Shown here piece after piece: positions 1 through 13,237 of a DNA stretch of 64,000 bases. A program made the position numbers and the translations under genes. Each line of letters opens with the position of its first letter. Within the stretch, counting starts at the first letter, position 1. Below the pieces are notes generated by a model. It worked only from the letters and a program-made list of their open reading frames with translations. It was not told the DNA's origin and searched no databases. Source of the DNA: Escherichia coli (GTDB lineage Bacteria; Pseudomonadota; Gammaproteobacteria; Enterobacterales; Enterobacteriaceae); assembly GCF_022846255.1 (NCBI RefSeq), contig NZ_AP025682.1; one strand, 5' to 3'.

Positions 1-277
1 GACCACGAAGGAGAGAGGAGTATTGCGTCATAAATGCCACCCGAGTATCCATTCAAAAAAAATACGTTATATCGCCGTATGATAAGTTCGGTGATTAATA
101 ACGCACACACAAACTTAAAGAAACCGTAAGTTGGTAAAGTTTTTAAAGTTTATGCAATATCCTGCCGCTTCGCTGCTTCTGGTGTCATTTTTTTGCCAGC
201 TGTTGCTTAAAAGTTAACTTTACTTCACCATCGGAGTCCTGTTCAGCCTGTGGCTGCCTGTCGGAAAAGGGGTGAGT

Positions 278-904
278 ATGATTACGCTGTGGGGTCGGAA
301 TAATTCAACCAACGTAAAAAAAGTATTGCTGACGCTCGAAGAACTGGAACTACCTTATGAGCAAATTCTCGCGGGCCGTGAGTTTGGGATAAATCACGAT
401 GCTGATTTTCTGGCGATGAACCCTAACGGGCTGGTGCCGTTGTTGCGTGACGACGAAAGTGATCTCATTCTTTGGGAATCAAACGCCATTGTCCGCTATC
501 TGGCGGCACAGTACGGGCAAAAACGCCTGTGGATCGACTCACCGGCACGTCGTGCGGAAGCAGAAAAATGGATGGACTGGGCAAACCAGACGCTCAGTAA
601 TGCTCATCGCGGGATCCTGATGGGATTAGTCAGAACACCACCGGAAGAGCGCGATCAGGCCGCCATTGATGCCAGTTGCAAAGAGTGCGACGCCCTGTTT
701 GCCCTGCTCGATGCGGAACTGGCAAAAGTAAAATGGTTCTCAGGCGACGAGTTTGGCGTGGGCGATATCGCTATCGCACCGTTCATCTACAATTTGTTTA
801 ACGTTGGCCTGACCTGGACACCGCGACCAAATCTGCAACGCTGGTATCAGCAACTCACTGAACGCCCCGCAGTGCGCAAAGTGGTGATGATTCCCGTTAG
901 CTAA
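278..904 (+). CDS. gstB: glutathione S-transferase GstB (208 aa)
   Basis: ORF track 272..904; internal ATG at 278 gives [16 protein letters not shown]-terminus with GGGGTGAG RBS upstream; GST fold; synteny next to yliI. Confidence 0.9.
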
Positions 905-2016
905 TTGCGTGGGCTAACTTTAAGTAATTCCCCACTGGACTCGTCGGTGAGAACGTATAAATAACCGTCGGGTCCAGTGCGAACATCACGAATTCGCTGC
1001 CCTCTGTCCGTTAAAATACGGCCATCTTCTGTCACTTTGTCGCCGTTGACGCTCATCACAATGACATCTTTATCTTTCAGCGCGCCAATAAATAATTTTT
1101 GCTGCCACTGGGGGAATTTGTCGCTGTTATAGAAGGCCATGCCGCTCACGGCGGGCGAATCTTTCCAGTAAAAAACAGGTTGCTCGGTCCCGGCGACGAT
1201 CTCCCCTTTCGCTTCCGGTATCTTAAAGCCCGAATAGTTGATTCCCCAGGTTGCCAGCGGCCAGCCGTAGTTTTTGCCTTTTTGCGGAATATTAATTTCA
1301 TCACCACCGCGCGGGCCATGTTCATTCAGCCATAGTGCATTACTCCACGGATTCATCGCCATTCCTTGCGGATTACGAATGCCATAAGACCAGATCTCGG
1401 CGCGCACACCGGATTCCTTTATAAAAGGATTATCATCCGGGATTTCTCCCAGGTCGGTCAGACGCACCAGTTTGCCCTGTAATTTATCCAGATCCTGCGC
1501 CGTCGGGCGCTGATTGTTTTCGCCCAGAGCAATAAAAAGATAACCTTTACCGTCAAATACCATCCGCCCGCCAAAATGGTTGCCGGTAGACAGTTTTGGC
1601 ATCTGACGAAAGACGGTGCGGAAGTCGGTCACTTTTGAGAGATCATCACTTAAGCGGCCATAACCCACAGCAGTTCCGGCTTTGCCATCATCGCCAACTT
1701 CGGAATAACTTAACCAGATGCGGCGCGACTGAGCAAAATCGGGCGCTAAAACCACGTCCAGCAGGCCGCCCTGCCCGTGCGCCCAAACGTCCGGCACTCC
1801 GGAAAGCGGCGCAGATAATCCTTTTCCTGCTTGCCAGTGACGCAACTCGCCGCCGCGCAGAGTGATTAACATACCGTGATTATCGGGTAAAAAGGCCAGC
1901 GCCCAGGGATGGTCGAGTTTGTCTTGCAGTACTTCGACATTTACCGTTGCAGGAGCTGCCCAGAGAGCGGAAGAAAGACAAATAAGGGGCACAAGGAAAA
2001 AGGATTGTCGATGCAT
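901..2016 (-). CDS. yliI: soluble aldose sugar dehydrogenase, PQQ-dependent beta-propeller (371 aa)
   Basis: ORF track; signal-peptide-like N-terminus [20 protein letters not shown]; length and synteny. Confidence 0.9.
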
Positions 2017-2084
2017 AACGCCTCCGGATTGACTCTGGCTTAAAGCGTAGTCAGTGGAGGAGATAACAAATTCATTTTTACAAA

Positions 2085-2122
2085 AACTTAAACATGAAGG
2101 GGGAGACGCTTTCTCCCCCTTA
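2085..2122 (-). terminator. hairpin plus T-rich tract downstream of bssR
   Basis: inverted repeat aagggggaga/tctccccctt immediately 3' of the bssR stop, followed on the minus strand by a T-rich run. Confidence 0.6.
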
Positions 2123-2126
2123 GTTT

Positions 2127-2510
2127 TCAGGCCTTCTCAAGCATGGCGTGCTTCTGCAGGCTCTGGATACTCAGCGTTAAGCTCATCAGACAATTTTCAA
2201 GCTTATCGGCGTTGACGGTAATAACAGTCGGGCAATCATGGTGCCCACTCATCAAACATACTGCGGCTGTCGCTAATGCTTCTTCAGCATGATGAAGAGC
2301 ACTCCACTCTTCCTGATCCAGATGAAGATTCAACCGCAGCGATTTGTCGTGCAGTTCGCGATTCAGTTTAAAAAAGTTATCTCGTAGATGATTGCTTTCG
2401 CTGACGGACATGTATCCTTTTGCCTTCCTCAGTTGCACGTATGCGGCGAGGTCAACGCGTGCGTCGATCAACCTGTTCAGCAGATCGATTCGCTGTCTGT
2501 CAACGAACAT
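2127..2510 (-). CDS. bssR: biofilm regulator BssR (127 aa)
   Basis: ORF track 2127..2543 trimmed to internal Met (MFVDRQRIDLL) to match the 127-aa length; synteny. Confidence 0.85.
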   Translation of the reverse strand: MFVDRQRIDLLNRLIDARVDLAAYVQLRKAKGYMSVSESNHLRDNFFKLNRELHDKSLRLNLHLDQEEWSALHHAEEALATAAVCLMSGHHDCPTVITVNADKLENCLMSLTLSIQSLQKHAMLEKA

Positions 2511-2722
2511 ACTTCGATCCTCCTCTTTCCAGCCTTGTTGCAACTAAATAGTATGGCTGTTTTTTGAGCAAAATGCTGTCCAGGATCAATTCTTCACGCC
2601 GAATTAACAAAATTTACATTTCCTTCAACTCCGCCAGCGAATGAGATTGCGATACAAATTTTATCCAGAACTCTGTAGAATCCCTGCCCTGACCTTTCCT
2701 GTAACTGAATATTTTTTAAGCT

Positions 2723-4048
2723 ATGAGCAAAGTAACTCCCCAGCCGAAAATCGGCTTTGTTTCCCTTGGCTGTCCGAAAAACCTTGTCGATTCAGAGCGT
2801 ATTCTCACCGAACTACGCACTGAAGGTTATGACGTGGTACCGAGCTATGATGATGCGGACATGGTGATCGTCAACACCTGCGGCTTTATTGACAGCGCGG
2901 TACAAGAATCACTGGAAGCCATTGGTGAAGCGTTGAATGAAAACGGCAAGGTAATTGTGACCGGTTGTCTGGGGGCAAAAGAAGATCAGATCCGCGAAGT
3001 CCACCCGAAAGTGCTGGAAATCACCGGGCCTCATAGCTATGAGCAGGTTCTGGAGCACGTTCATCACTACGTGCCAAAACCGAAACACAACCCATTCCTG
3101 AGCCTGGTGCCAGAACAAGGTGTGAAACTGACGCCGCGTCATTATGCCTATCTGAAAATTTCTGAAGGCTGTAATCACCGCTGCACCTTCTGCATTATTC
3201 CGTCTATGCGCGGCGATCTGGTGAGCCGTCCGATTGGCGAAGTGTTAAGTGAAGCGAAACGTCTGGTTGATGCGGGCGTTAAAGAAATTCTGGTGATCTC
3301 GCAGGATACTTCCGCGTATGGCGTCGATGTTAAACATCGTACTGGCTTCCACAACGGCGAGCCGGTAAAAACCAGCATGGTCAGCCTGTGCGAACAGTTA
3401 TCGAAACTGGGGATCTGGACACGTCTGCACTACGTTTACCCTTATCCGCATGTGGACGACGTCATCCCACTGATGGCAGAGGGCAAAATCCTGCCGTATC
3501 TGGACATTCCGTTGCAGCACGCCAGCCCGCGCATTCTCAAACTGATGAAACGTCCGGGTTCTGTAGATCGCCAACTGGCGCGCATCAAACAGTGGCGCAA
3601 AATCTGCCCGGAACTGACCCTACGCTCAACCTTTATTGTTGGCTTCCCTGGCGAGACGGAAGAAGATTTCCAGATGCTACTCGACTTCCTGAAAGAAGCA
3701 CGTCTGGATCGCGTTGGCTGCTTTAAATACAGCCCGGTTGAAGGTGCAGACGCCAATGCCCTGCCTGACCAGGTTCCGGAAGAAGTGAAAGAAGAACGCT
3801 GGAACCGTTTCATGCAGTTGCAGCAGCAAATTTCCGCCGAGCGCCTGCAAGAGAAAGTGGGCCGTGAAATTCTGGTGATTATCGACGAAGTGGACGAAGA
3901 AGGCGCGATTGGTCGCAGCATGGCAGATGCACCGGAAATCGACGGCGCGGTTTATCTCAATGGTGAAACCAACGTTAAGCCGGGTGATATCCTGCGAGTG
4001 AAAGTCGAGCACGCCGATGAGTACGATTTGTGGGGTAGCCGGGTTTAA
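2723..4048 (+). CDS. rimO: ribosomal protein S12 methylthiotransferase RimO (radical SAM, 441 aa)
   Basis: ORF track; radical-SAM CNHRCTFC motif and C-terminal TRAM-like region. Confidence 0.95.
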   Translation: MSKVTPQPKIGFVSLGCPKNLVDSERILTELRTEGYDVVPSYDDADMVIVNTCGFIDSAVQESLEAIGEALNENGKVIVTGCLGAKEDQIREVHPKVLEITGPHSYEQVLEHVHHYVPKPKHNPFLSLVPEQGVKLTPRHYAYLKISEGCNHRCTFCIIPSMRGDLVSRPIGEVLSEAKRLVDAGVKEILVISQDTSAYGVDVKHRTGFHNGEPVKTSMVSLCEQLSKLGIWTRLHYVYPYPHVDDVIPLMAEGKILPYLDIPLQHASPRILKLMKRPGSVDRQLARIKQWRKICPELTLRSTFIVGFPGETEEDFQMLLDFLKEARLDRVGCFKYSPVEGADANALPDQVPEEVKEERWNRFMQLQQQISAERLQEKVGREILVIIDEVDEEGAIGRSMADAPEIDGAVYLNGETNVKPGDILRVKVEHADEYDLWGSRV

Positions 4049-4054
4049 TTAATT

Positions 4055-4084
4055 CAGGCCGGGCAAAATCATTTGTCCGGCCTG
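4055..4084. terminator. hairpin between convergent rimO and dgcI
   Basis: inverted repeat caggccgggc ... gtccggcctg in the 46-nt gap between convergent stops; no strong T-run. Confidence 0.4.
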
Positions 4085-4094
4085 CGAATAATGA

Positions 4095-5423
4095 TTACTG
4101 CCAGCTAATCTGCGCCCTGCCGTTTTTCTTACTCTTATACAGCCGCTCATCCGCCAGCATTTTCAAACGTTCAACGGTAGTACATTCATTTGAATGCGCT
4201 ACACCGATACTGGTGCTTAAATTAATGCTTCCCACCTGGAAATGAACGATTTCTTTTAGAATCGATAGCAACTCTTCCAGCGTGCCGCCAGTATAAATCA
4301 CCGCAAATTCGTCACCTCCGAAGCGGTAAACTTTACCTTTATCTACCGGGATCTGTGATTTAAGGATTTTCACCACTTTCATCAACACTTCATCGCCCAG
4401 CAAATGACCGAAGGTGTCGTTAATGTTTTTGAATTTATCGACGTCAAACAGGCACAAATAACCGCCTTTTTCCGGCAGCGCTTTTAAATCTTCGTCAAAA
4501 GATTTTCTGCCCATCGCTTTGGTCAGATCGTCCAGGAATGCCGAGTTATACATACTGTAGAGTTTTTTGACATCGGCAGCCGAAAAGAAAAGCCCGCCAT
4601 CCAGTACGCGTTCAAAATGGTTATTAATAATGGCTTCTTTCTCCACAATACCACGATTAATCACTCTGCGTACCAGATAGAGGCAACTGGCACCCGATAT
4701 CACTGCCACCAATGCGGCAAAGAAAATAATCAATGTACATACCTGAAAATAAACGTCTTTTTTATAAGCAAATACGTACAACCCGGTCGGCAAATAGGAG
4801 AAGTGCTCCATTGCTTCCGAAACGGTGAAGATGGCGTTTTTAGCGTTATATTCATCACCGGTCACCGATTTACCGTTCTTGAACAGGGAGAACATCAGGT
4901 TCTCGCTATCCATCGCCAGCGATTTTGACAGTAAAGAAAAACGTTCCAGACCAAGCAAAAATATCAGACTACGATTGTGAGTTACCGGATAGAGGTAATA
5001 GACGAAGGTTTTACCATCAAAAGAGATAAACCCTGTATTTTTGACATGTCGATACTTAACAACCTGCATAATATCTGCACAATAATTTTTCTCGAACTCC
5101 TTTACCTGAATACATTCGTCACTGGAAATCAGATAAGGACCGACATCGTACAAATAAGAGGGTGAAACCGAGTCGGCGTAAGCTGTGCGTAAGCCAACCA
5201 ACAGCTGTTCCTCCGTAGGATTTAGCGTGTTGATGAGATCAATTGCCACACTACGCCGATATTCAGCAATATTTGCCACCGCAAAAGCAGTATCAATAAC
5301 GGACTGTTTCAGGCCATACACCCGTTCCTTTACCATTTGAGTGTAGATCCCGCAGGCAACTGCTGAAATCATGATAAAAATCAGCAGACTGACTGTAAGT
5401 ACGAATTTATTGATTCTGGACAT
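4095..5423 (-). CDS. dgcI: diguanylate cyclase (GGDEF) DgcI/YliF, membrane-anchored (442 aa)
   Basis: ORF track; N-terminal TM segment, C-terminal GGDEF domain with RFGGDEF motif. Confidence 0.9.
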   Translation of the reverse strand: MSRINKFVLTVSLLIFIMISAVACGIYTQMVKERVYGLKQSVIDTAFAVANIAEYRRSVAIDLINTLNPTEEQLLVGLRTAYADSVSPSYLYDVGPYLISSDECIQVKEFEKNYCADIMQVVKYRHVKNTGFISFDGKTFVYYLYPVTHNRSLIFLLGLERFSLLSKSLAMDSENLMFSLFKNGKSVTGDEYNAKNAIFTVSEAMEHFSYLPTGLYVFAYKKDVYFQVCTLIIFFAALVAVISGASCLYLVRRVINRGIVEKEAIINNHFERVLDGGLFFSAADVKKLYSMYNSAFLDDLTKAMGRKSFDEDLKALPEKGGYLCLFDVDKFKNINDTFGHLLGDEVLMKVVKILKSQIPVDKGKVYRFGGDEFAVIYTGGTLEELLSILKEIVHFQVGSINLSTSIGVAHSNECTTVERLKMLADERLYKSKKNGRAQISWQ

Positions 5424-5430
5424 ACGTAAA

Positions 5431-7779
5431 CTACTCTTTTACTAATTTTCCACTTTTATCCCAGGCGGAGAATGGCATGGGTTTCTGGTACAGATACCCC
5501 TGAGCCTGAACACATCCTAATTTGATTAATTCACGCGCAACGTCTTCGCTCTCTACGCCTTCCGCAATCACCGGGATCCGGTTATAGCGTGCCAGATCGA
5601 AAATAATGCGCACAATTTTTCCCGCAGTACCGAAAATATCGCCGGTAAATTGCGAATCCACCTTTATACTGTCTGGATTAATTTCATAAAAACGTTTCAG
5701 GTTTGACAAACCGGTGCCAAAGTCATCAATCGATACCCGTACCCCTTGTTTACGCAGTTGTTCAATATTGAGATAGAAATGTTCATTAATTCGCTCGATC
5801 ACGGTTTCGGTGATCTCAACACAAAGGCTGTTCGCCTTCAGGCCATTTTCTTTCATGATGGTAGTAAAACGCTCATGAAAGTGTGGTTCGTTTAACTGCC
5901 AGGGCGAAACATTAATATGCAGTAAGAAATCATCCTTCAGCGACGCACGCTGACTAAAATGTCTGAATTCACCCATCGCGGTTTTAATAATTTGATAGCC
6001 CAGCTCATTGATAAACCCGATATCTTCAGCAATGGTAATGAACTTCAGCGGTGAAATAATCCCCCGCTCCGCAGACACCCAACGGCACAACGCCTCCGCG
6101 CCCAAAATGGTGCGGGTGTTAATATCAACAATCGGTTGATAGACCAGGAATAGTTCGCCAATTTCCATTGCATGGCGAATATTACGCGCAATCCAGATAT
6201 TCTCTTCTATTTCGTTGAGTTTCGCATCATCACAGAAAATAAACTCTGAGAACATATGGTTGCGGATACTGGAAATCGCCAGTTTCAGCTTTTCTGCGTA
6301 ACTCCAGGCGTTTTCCCCCTGCAAAGGTTCACAAATAGCAGACTTATGGATGCGCAGATTGCGGTAGCCAAAACTGCTGTCAAAATCGTTTACCGTCGCT
6401 ATCTTACGGGTAAACGTCTGTACATTTTCCCGGCACAGGAGTAAATAGAGATCGGCATTAAATGTCACGATATCGCAGCATTGCGCATATTTCTCGGCAA
6501 TTCGCTGACACAATTTCCTGACGATTTTATTGCGTTCATCAACACCAAACACCGCTTCCACAGCTTCCAGACCACACAGTTTGATGATCCCCACAGCCAG
6601 ATACTGATTATTGTTGGACTCAATAATCGCCATATTTTTAATAAAACCGCTTTCCTGATCGTAAGAGATCAGCGAGAGCAATTTATTTGCCCGTTCAATT
6701 TCAGCATCTTTCATTTCCGCGATCGAATTTTTGATGCTGATAATCTCTTTCGCATCGCCTTCACGAATCTTCAGGGCCTCGATTTGATCCGTAGAGTCAG
6801 GCAAAAACGCCAGCGTATTGACCAAATCTGTCATTTCAGAAAATTGCCGACGGAACACTCGAGTGGTCATTAAATAAACCACCAGCAATACGATAATAAT
6901 GAAAGCAAACGGCAGATAAAAAAGTTTATCTGATGCGTTCAATAAATTACCACCAGGATAATAAAAATAGATTTCGAATAATGCGTTGTTTGGCACCGCT
7001 GATGTTTTTTCAATATATTCCGTATCGACAGAATCAATAATATTATAATTACCTTCGCTATTATAAATAATCAATTTTTCACGAGCGAGTTGATTCTTAG
7101 CAATGATCTCATGACCTTGCTTTAAAAATAGAACTTCATCATTAGCGCTGATGTGATCAAGATACTCGTTCAGATATCGCCAGTTTAAATCGACATGAAT
7201 TTTATCTACCGCTAACAAATCATGATCTTTGCCGTTGATGTGTAGCGTAAAAGAGATACATTTTTTACCCGGACGATCAAAGCAATTGTATGCCGGGTTC
7301 CAGCTGTTGTTAGAGTCATCTGAAGCCATCGACCACGGTCGTTTCGATGGGTTAAAATCGGCAAAAATAACCCGCCCTGACTCGTCGACAAGCGGTCCAT
7401 TTACTTGTTCCTGATGATAAACAACGATTTTATTATTCGCCCTCCGCGAAAAGAGATAATATTTATTATCATCAAGTACCAGTCCCACCGAGTCTAAAAA
7501 TGGCATCATTTCCATTTTCAGAATTACGGCGCGTTGAATCTCCTCTGTATTTTTTAATAAATACAGTGAGTCCTTTAATGTCAGGGCCGAACGTTCAATA
7601 TCTTTAAAGAAATAGCCAACGTTTTTCTGAATAAGTTCAAAGCGGCTATCGGCACGTTTTACCGCGCGTTCCGATACCAGTTGATAGTTAATGATGAAAA
7701 AAAGACCAATAAATGACAGTGCTGCCAATAAAAATAAAATTATCAGCCTTATCTTTATCTTTTCGTATAAACTCAGCAT
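5431..7779 (-). CDS. pdeI: c-di-GMP phosphodiesterase (EAL) PdeI/YliE with periplasmic sensor region (782 aa)
   Basis: ORF track; TM segments flanking a large N-terminal domain; C-terminal EAL domain; synteny with dgcI. Confidence 0.9.
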   Translation of the reverse strand: MLSLYEKIKIRLIILFLLAALSFIGLFFIINYQLVSERAVKRADSRFELIQKNVGYFFKDIERSALTLKDSLYLLKNTEEIQRAVILKMEMMPFLDSVGLVLDDNKYYLFSRRANNKIVVYHQEQVNGPLVDESGRVIFADFNPSKRPWSMASDDSNNSWNPAYNCFDRPGKKCISFTLHINGKDHDLLAVDKIHVDLNWRYLNEYLDHISANDEVLFLKQGHEIIAKNQLAREKLIIYNSEGNYNIIDSVDTEYIEKTSAVPNNALFEIYFYYPGGNLLNASDKLFYLPFAFIIIVLLVVYLMTTRVFRRQFSEMTDLVNTLAFLPDSTDQIEALKIREGDAKEIISIKNSIAEMKDAEIERANKLLSLISYDQESGFIKNMAIIESNNNQYLAVGIIKLCGLEAVEAVFGVDERNKIVRKLCQRIAEKYAQCCDIVTFNADLYLLLCRENVQTFTRKIATVNDFDSSFGYRNLRIHKSAICEPLQGENAWSYAEKLKLAISSIRNHMFSEFIFCDDAKLNEIEENIWIARNIRHAMEIGELFLVYQPIVDINTRTILGAEALCRWVSAERGIISPLKFITIAEDIGFINELGYQIIKTAMGEFRHFSQRASLKDDFLLHINVSPWQLNEPHFHERFTTIMKENGLKANSLCVEITETVIERINEHFYLNIEQLRKQGVRVSIDDFGTGLSNLKRFYEINPDSIKVDSQFTGDIFGTAGKIVRIIFDLARYNRIPVIAEGVESEDVARELIKLGCVQAQGYLYQKPMPFSAWDKSGKLVKE

Positions 7780-7955
7780 GTTAATACATTTAACAAAATA
7801 ACTGTCTGAACGCTGTGCCGCTGCAAAATAGTCCCTTGCTGCGGCTTTTTAACCAAATTACCCGATTCTACAAAATCAGCAGAAAGTTACAACACTTGCT
7901 TAGGGCAATAATTTCCTGTGAGGTGATTACCCTTTCAAGCAATATTCAAACGTAA

Positions 7956-8867
7956 CTATCCTTTAATTTTCGGATCCAGCGCATCGCGTAAACCATCGCC
8001 CAACAAATTGAACGCCAGTACGGTCAGAAAAATAGCCAGGGCCGGAAAAACAGCGACATGCGGCGCGATAACCATATCCGCTCGTGCCTCATTGAGCATT
8101 GCTCCCCACTCTGGTGTCGGCGGCTGCGCACCGAGGCCGAGAAATGACAGGCTGGCGGCAGAGATAATCGAGGTGCCAATGCGCATGGTGAAAAACACCA
8201 CGATAGAAGAGACGGTCCCAGGCAAGATATGACGCAACAAAATGGTCATATCGCTGGCACCAATACTGCGTGCTGACTCGATAAAGGTTTGCTGTTTCAA
8301 CACCAGCGTGTTGCCGCGCACCAGCCGGGCAAACGCGGGGATGGAAAAAATGGCGACTGCGATAATCACGTTAGCAATGCCGCTTCCCAACACCGCAACA
8401 ACAGCGATCGCCAGTAAAATACCCGGGAAGGCAAACAGCACATCGCAAATACGCATGATCAGCCGATCCCACCAGCCTTCATAATATCCAGCCAGCAAGC
8501 CCAGCAACGTCCCGATCGCCGCACCGATAAATACGGCAAACACGCCCGCCGCCAGCGAGATTTGCGCACCAACCAGGACACGGCTGAAAATGTCGCGCCC
8601 CAGTGAATCGACACCAAACCAGTGCTGCAAAGAAGGTCCGTTATTCAGATTGTCATAATCAAAATAATTTTCGGCGTCATAGGGAGCGATCCAGCGTGCA
8701 AAAATGGCCACCACAATCAATAAAATAACGAACAATGCGGCGGTCATCGCCATATGCTGACGGCGAAATCGTCGCCAGAATTCATGCCACGGTGTACGTA
8801 CCTGGTCAGGTTTGACCAGTGGCATGGCGTTTAACACCGCCTGACGTCGCCAGTTAAATAGTCGCAT
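7956..8867 (-). CDS. gsiD: glutathione ABC transporter permease GsiD (303 aa)
   Basis: ORF track; Dpp/Opp-type permease; synteny. Confidence 0.92.
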   Translation of the reverse strand: MRLFNWRRQAVLNAMPLVKPDQVRTPWHEFWRRFRRQHMAMTAALFVILLIVVAIFARWIAPYDAENYFDYDNLNNGPSLQHWFGVDSLGRDIFSRVLVGAQISLAAGVFAVFIGAAIGTLLGLLAGYYEGWWDRLIMRICDVLFAFPGILLAIAVVAVLGSGIANVIIAVAIFSIPAFARLVRGNTLVLKQQTFIESARSIGASDMTILLRHILPGTVSSIVVFFTMRIGTSIISAASLSFLGLGAQPPTPEWGAMLNEARADMVIAPHVAVFPALAIFLTVLAFNLLGDGLRDALDPKIKG

Positions 8868-8869
8868 CC

Positions 8870-9790
8870 TTACTTGTACCTGATAGCCGGGTTAATGGCG
8901 GCGTAAAGCACATCCACCACTAAGTTGATAAGAATAAATTCCAGCGAGAAAAGCAGAATTTCCGCCTGAATCACCGGGTAATCGCGCATTTCAACGGAGT
9001 CAACGAGTAAGCGTCCAAGTCCGGGCCAGTTGAAAACTTTCTCCACCACGATGGAACCACCGAGTAAAAATCCAAACTGTAAGCCCATCATGGTCACTAC
9101 CGGGATCATCGCGTTGCGTAGCCCGTGTTTGAGGACAACCCAGGTTTCGCTCACCCCTTTCGCCCTCGCGGTACGCATATAATCTTCGCTTAAAACGTCG
9201 ACAAACGACGCGCGGGTAAAGCGCGCCATCACGGCGGCCACTGCCGCGCCGAGCGTCAGGGAGGGTAAAATGTAGTGCTGCCAACTGTCTGCTCCCACGG
9301 TAGGCAGCCAGCCCAGTTCAACGGAGAATACCTGAATTAAAAGCATCCCCAGAGCAAATGCCGGAAACGAGATCCCCGACACCGCAATGGTCATACTCAA
9401 TCGATCCGGCCAACGGTTACGCCAGACGGCGGCGATAATTCCCGCCGCCATACCAAATATCACCGCCCAGACCATACTGGTTATGGTCAGCCACAGCGTT
9501 GGCATAAAGCGGCTGGCAATCTCATCGGCAACCGGACGACGCGACACCATCGACAGGCCAAAATCCCCCTGCACAGCATTGCTGATATAGTGCCAGAACT
9601 GGTGATACAGCGGCTGATCCAACCCCAGCTGCTGACGCACCAGTTCTATAACCTGCGCATCAGCTTCGGGCCCGGCAATCAATCGCGCCGGATCGCCGGG
9701 CAGCATATGGACAAATAAAAACACCAGCACCGAGACGATAAACAGCGTCGGAATCAACCCCAGTAAGCGTTTGATAACGTAATTAAGCAT
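8870..9790 (-). CDS. gsiC: glutathione ABC transporter permease GsiC (306 aa)
   Basis: ORF track; permease; synteny. Confidence 0.92.
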   Translation of the reverse strand: MLNYVIKRLLGLIPTLFIVSVLVFLFVHMLPGDPARLIAGPEADAQVIELVRQQLGLDQPLYHQFWHYISNAVQGDFGLSMVSRRPVADEIASRFMPTLWLTITSMVWAVIFGMAAGIIAAVWRNRWPDRLSMTIAVSGISFPAFALGMLLIQVFSVELGWLPTVGADSWQHYILPSLTLGAAVAAVMARFTRASFVDVLSEDYMRTARAKGVSETWVVLKHGLRNAMIPVVTMMGLQFGFLLGGSIVVEKVFNWPGLGRLLVDSVEMRDYPVIQAEILLFSLEFILINLVVDVLYAAINPAIRYK

Positions 9791-9807
9791 TCCACTCCCT
9801 GCGTTGC

Positions 9808-11346
9808 TTATTGCAAATCCGCATCTTCAAAGCTGAAGCCGGTGTCTGGCATGATCCAAAAACCGGTCAGGTTTTTACTGTGTGCCGACACCAGTTTTTC
9901 TACCACCAGCGGGATCCACGGCGACTCTTGCCAGATGATATCCTGCGCCGCCTTATACAAGCGGGTCTTTTCCGCCGGATCATTAGTTTTCAGTGCCTGA
10001 GCCAGGAAGTCATCCACCTGTTTATTGCTGTAAAACGCGGTATTAAACAGCGTTGGTGGCCAGTTCTGCGAGGCAAACAGCGGCGATAGAGCCCAGTCGG
10101 CTTCGCCGGTTGAAGCCGACCAGCCAGTGTAGAACATCCGCACGCCGCTCTCTTTTTGCCCTTTACCTTCAACTTCTGCCGCCCGCTGTCCGGCATCCAT
10201 CGCAGTCACCTGGGCTTTAATCCCAACCTGCGCTAACTGCTGCTGGGTAAATTGCAGCACTTTCTGCGCGGTGCTGTGGTTATGTGACGACCACAGCGTG
10301 GTACTGAAACCGTTGGGATATCCCGCCTCTTTCAGTAATTCGCGCGCTTTCACTGGATCGTAAGGCCACGGTTTATAACTTTGCGCGTAGGCGATACTCG
10401 GCGGTACCACACCAGTAGCTGGCGTTGCATAGCCCGCGAAGGCCACTTTCACCAGCGCCGGGCGGTTAATGGCGTAATTCAGCGCCTCACGGACCTTCGG
10501 GTTATCGAACGGCTTTTGCGTCACGTTCATACTGATATAACGCTGCATAATTGACGGACTGGCCATCAACTCGATATTTTTGTTTTTCTCCAGCAGTGCG
10601 GCCTGCTCGTAGGGAATGGGGAAAGCAAACTGCGCTTCACCGGTTTGCAGCATTGCCGCGCGGGTGTTGTTATCCGCCACCGGACGCCAGGTTATGCTGT
10701 CCAGTTTGGGCAATCCTGGCTGCCAGTAACCCGCGAATTTTTTCACCTTCACAAAATCGGTCTGATTCCAGGTATCCAGTTCATACGGCCCGGTTCCCAC
10801 CGGATGAAAACCAATCTCCTTGCCATATTTTTCCAGCGCTGCCGGTGAAATCATCGCGGTCGCCGGATGGGCAAGAATATTAATAAACGCTGAGAATGGC
10901 TGTTTGAGGGTAATCTTTACCGTTGTCGGATCGATCGCTTCCGTTTTGGCAATATTCTTATACAGGTTATAGCGTTTAAGATGATTCGCCGGATCGCTGG
11001 CCCGGTCCAGATTCGCTTTCACCGCCGCTGCGTTGAAATCGGTGCCATCCTGGAATTTAATGCCTTCCCGCAATTTCACGGTGTAAGTAAGGCCGTCATC
11101 GGAAACGGTGTAACTCTCCGCCAGCACGTTTTTCAGTTTCATCTCTTTATCCAGACCGAACAGCCCCTGGTAAAACGATTTCGCTACGGCCTGAGATAAC
11201 GTGTCATTTGCGTCATACGGATCGAGCGTGGTGAAGTTCGAGCCCACCGCCACCACCACATTTTTGGCAGCGAATGCACAAGATGCCATCAACGCTGTCG
11301 CAATGCCCAGCGCCACTAACCCACTACGGTGTACAGCTCTTGCCAT
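9808..11346 (-). CDS. gsiB: glutathione-binding periplasmic protein GsiB (512 aa)
   Basis: ORF track 9808..11613 trimmed to the Met starting [26 protein letters not shown] (signal peptide); the 601-aa extension overlaps gsiA and is rejected. Confidence 0.9.
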   Translation of the reverse strand: MARAVHRSGLVALGIATALMASCAFAAKNVVVAVGSNFTTLDPYDANDTLSQAVAKSFYQGLFGLDKEMKLKNVLAESYTVSDDGLTYTVKLREGIKFQDGTDFNAAAVKANLDRASDPANHLKRYNLYKNIAKTEAIDPTTVKITLKQPFSAFINILAHPATAMISPAALEKYGKEIGFHPVGTGPYELDTWNQTDFVKVKKFAGYWQPGLPKLDSITWRPVADNNTRAAMLQTGEAQFAFPIPYEQAALLEKNKNIELMASPSIMQRYISMNVTQKPFDNPKVREALNYAINRPALVKVAFAGYATPATGVVPPSIAYAQSYKPWPYDPVKARELLKEAGYPNGFSTTLWSSHNHSTAQKVLQFTQQQLAQVGIKAQVTAMDAGQRAAEVEGKGQKESGVRMFYTGWSASTGEADWALSPLFASQNWPPTLFNTAFYSNKQVDDFLAQALKTNDPAEKTRLYKAAQDIIWQESPWIPLVVEKLVSAHSKNLTGFWIMPDTGFSFEDADLQ

Positions 11347-11365
11347 TTTATTCTCCGCCTGAATG

Positions 11366-13237
11366 TTATCTACGCATGAATGCGTATTCTGATTGTGGTT
11401 GTGCGACGTAATGCCCCGGCCCGACGCATTGCAACGAGACGACTGCAACTTCTTCGCCACGCAGATGAATATTGCTGGGAAGATCGTCCGACAGCAGTAC
11501 ACGCTGCGGTCGTTGTCGGGACGGTTCAGCGACCGGAACTGCCGCCAGTAATTTACGCGTATAAGGATGCTGCGGATTTTCAAAGACCGCGCGCCGTGGA
11601 CCAATTTCAACAACTTGCCCGAGATACATCACCGCCACACGATGACTAATCCGCTCAACCACGGCCATATCGTGGGAGATAAACAGATACGCAATGCCGA
11701 AATCACGCTGGAGATCGAGCAACAAGTTGATAATCTGCCCGCGAATAGAAACATCCAGCGCCGAGACGGCTTCGTCGGCAATGATCACTTTTGGATTCAA
11801 TGCCAACGCGCGAGCAATGCAGATGCGCTGGCGCTGACCGCCGGAAAACTCATGAGGGTAACGCCAGGCATGTTCCGGTAACAGACCCACGCGCTCCAGC
11901 AACCACGCAACGCGTGCAGCCGCTTCTTTACCTGGCAATAAACCGTGTACGCGCAGCGGTTCGAGAATCGAATCACCGATGGTCTGACGTGGGTCCAGCG
12001 AAGCGTAAGGGTCCTGAAAAATAAACTGAATATCGCGGCGCAATGCCTGAAGTTTACCGGGTGACAAGGTATCGATTCGCTGACCGTTAAAGATAATTTC
12101 GCCGCCTTGCGATTCGACCAGGCGCAGCAACGCCCGCCCGGTGGTGGATTTACCGCTGCCAGACTCGCCCACCAGCGATAGCGTTTCACCAGGCCAGAGA
12201 TCAAAACTGACTTTCTCAACGGCATGCACTTCCCGCGTTACGCGATTCAACAAACCGCTGCGCAAAGGGAAACGGGTGACCAGATTACGCACCCGTAAAA
12301 CAGGTTCGCCATCCACCACCGTTTTCTGCTCGATGGGTGGCTCCTGTTTCGCTGGATGTTCAAGCGATATCAATGGGAAACGTCGGGGATAATCTAACCC
12401 TTTCATCGCACCAAGTTGCGGAACAGCAGCTAACAGCGCACGGGTATAAGGATGTTGCGGTGCATGAAAAATCTGTTCGACGCTACCCGTTTCCACCGCC
12501 TCGCCCTGATACATCACCAGTACCCGATCGGCAATCTCTGCCACCACACCCATATCGTGAGTGATAAAGATAACGCCCATCGACATCTCTTTTTGCAATA
12601 CTTTGATTAATTGCAGGATCTGCGCCTGAATAGTGACATCCAGCGCGGTGGTTGGCTCATCGGCAATCAGCACCGCCGGGCGGCATGACAGCGCCATCGC
12701 AATCATCACTCGCTGGCGCATCCCGCCAGAGAGTTGATGCGGATAACGTGAAAGAATGGTTTGTGCCTCCGGAATGCGTACCTGATCCAGCATCCGCTTC
12801 GCCTCGACCATCGCTTCTTCACGACTGGCGTTCTGATGCAGACGAATAGATTCGGCAATCTGTTCACCCACAGCAAATACCGGGTTCAGCGATGTCATCG
12901 GCTCCTGAAATATCATCGCCATATCCGCCCCGCGCACATGGCGCATTTGTGCAGCACTCTGCTCGCTAAGTTCAATTACTTCGCGACTGCGCCGCTGCAA
13001 CAGCATTTTATCGCACTGCACTAAACCGCCCGCCTGTTCCAACAGGCGCATCAATGCCAGCGCAGTCACTGACTTACCGGAGCCGGATTCGCCAACAATT
13101 GCCAGCGTCTCACCACGTTGCAGGCTAAAAGAGAGATTGCGGACCGCAGCTATTTTCTGCTGCTCCTGCATAAAGGCAATATTCAGATTTTCAACCGCCA
13201 GCACATCACCGGCATCAAGTTCATCACTGTGTGGCAA
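11366..13237 (-). CDS. gsiA: glutathione ABC transporter ATPase GsiA, two nucleotide-binding domains (623 aa), TTG start
   Basis: two Walker A motifs ([18 protein letters not shown]); start placed at the TTG encoding L of ..[10 protein letters not shown] to match the 623-aa length; overlaps the iaaA 3' end by 14 nt. Confidence 0.85.
   Translation of the reverse strand: MPHSDELDAGDVLAVENLNIAFMQEQQKIAAVRNLSFSLQRGETLAIVGESGSGKSVTALALMRLLEQAGGLVQCDKMLLQRRSREVIELSEQSAAQMRHVRGADMAMIFQEPMTSLNPVFAVGEQIAESIRLHQNASREEAMVEAKRMLDQVRIPEAQTILSRYPHQLSGGMRQRVMIAMALSCRPAVLIADEPTTALDVTIQAQILQLIKVLQKEMSMGVIFITHDMGVVAEIADRVLVMYQGEAVETGSVEQIFHAPQHPYTRALLAAVPQLGAMKGLDYPRRFPLISLEHPAKQEPPIEQKTVVDGEPVLRVRNLVTRFPLRSGLLNRVTREVHAVEKVSFDLWPGETLSLVGESGSGKSTTGRALLRLVESQGGEIIFNGQRIDTLSPGKLQALRRDIQFIFQDPYASLDPRQTIGDSILEPLRVHGLLPGKEAAARVAWLLERVGLLPEHAWRYPHEFSGGQRQRICIARALALNPKVIIADEAVSALDVSIRGQIINLLLDLQRDFGIAYLFISHDMAVVERISHRVAVMYLGQVVEIGPRRAVFENPQHPYTRKLLAAVPVAEPSRQRPQRVLLSDDLPSNIHLRGEEVAVVSLQCVGPGHYVAQPQSEYAFMRR

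Noticed and set aside
3442-3921. Antisense or alternate-frame ORFs nested inside rimO (and similar ones inside fiu 37768..38400, opgE 26857..27414, rhlE 47646..48128, ybiB 43470..43937, ybiO 34485..35165)
   Set aside because: They lie entirely within well-supported genes and their translations are low-complexity, Arg/Ser/Cys-rich with no recognisable domains; typical spurious frames in GC-rich coding DNA.
7780-7955. Hairpin followed by a T-run (about 7818..7850) upstream of pdeI as a plus-strand terminator
   Set aside because: No plus-strand gene ends nearby; orientation and context are ambiguous, so it is not annotated.
9808-11613. Long N-terminally extended ORFs in the track (gsiB 601 aa; similarly gsiA 659 aa, dps 214 aa, rlmF 338 aa, moaA 356 aa, moaD 102 aa, mcbA 134 aa, bssR 138 aa)
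   Set aside because: Internal start codons give the expected family lengths, have RBS-like sequences or signal peptides directly after them, and the extensions overlap upstream genes or known leader RNA.
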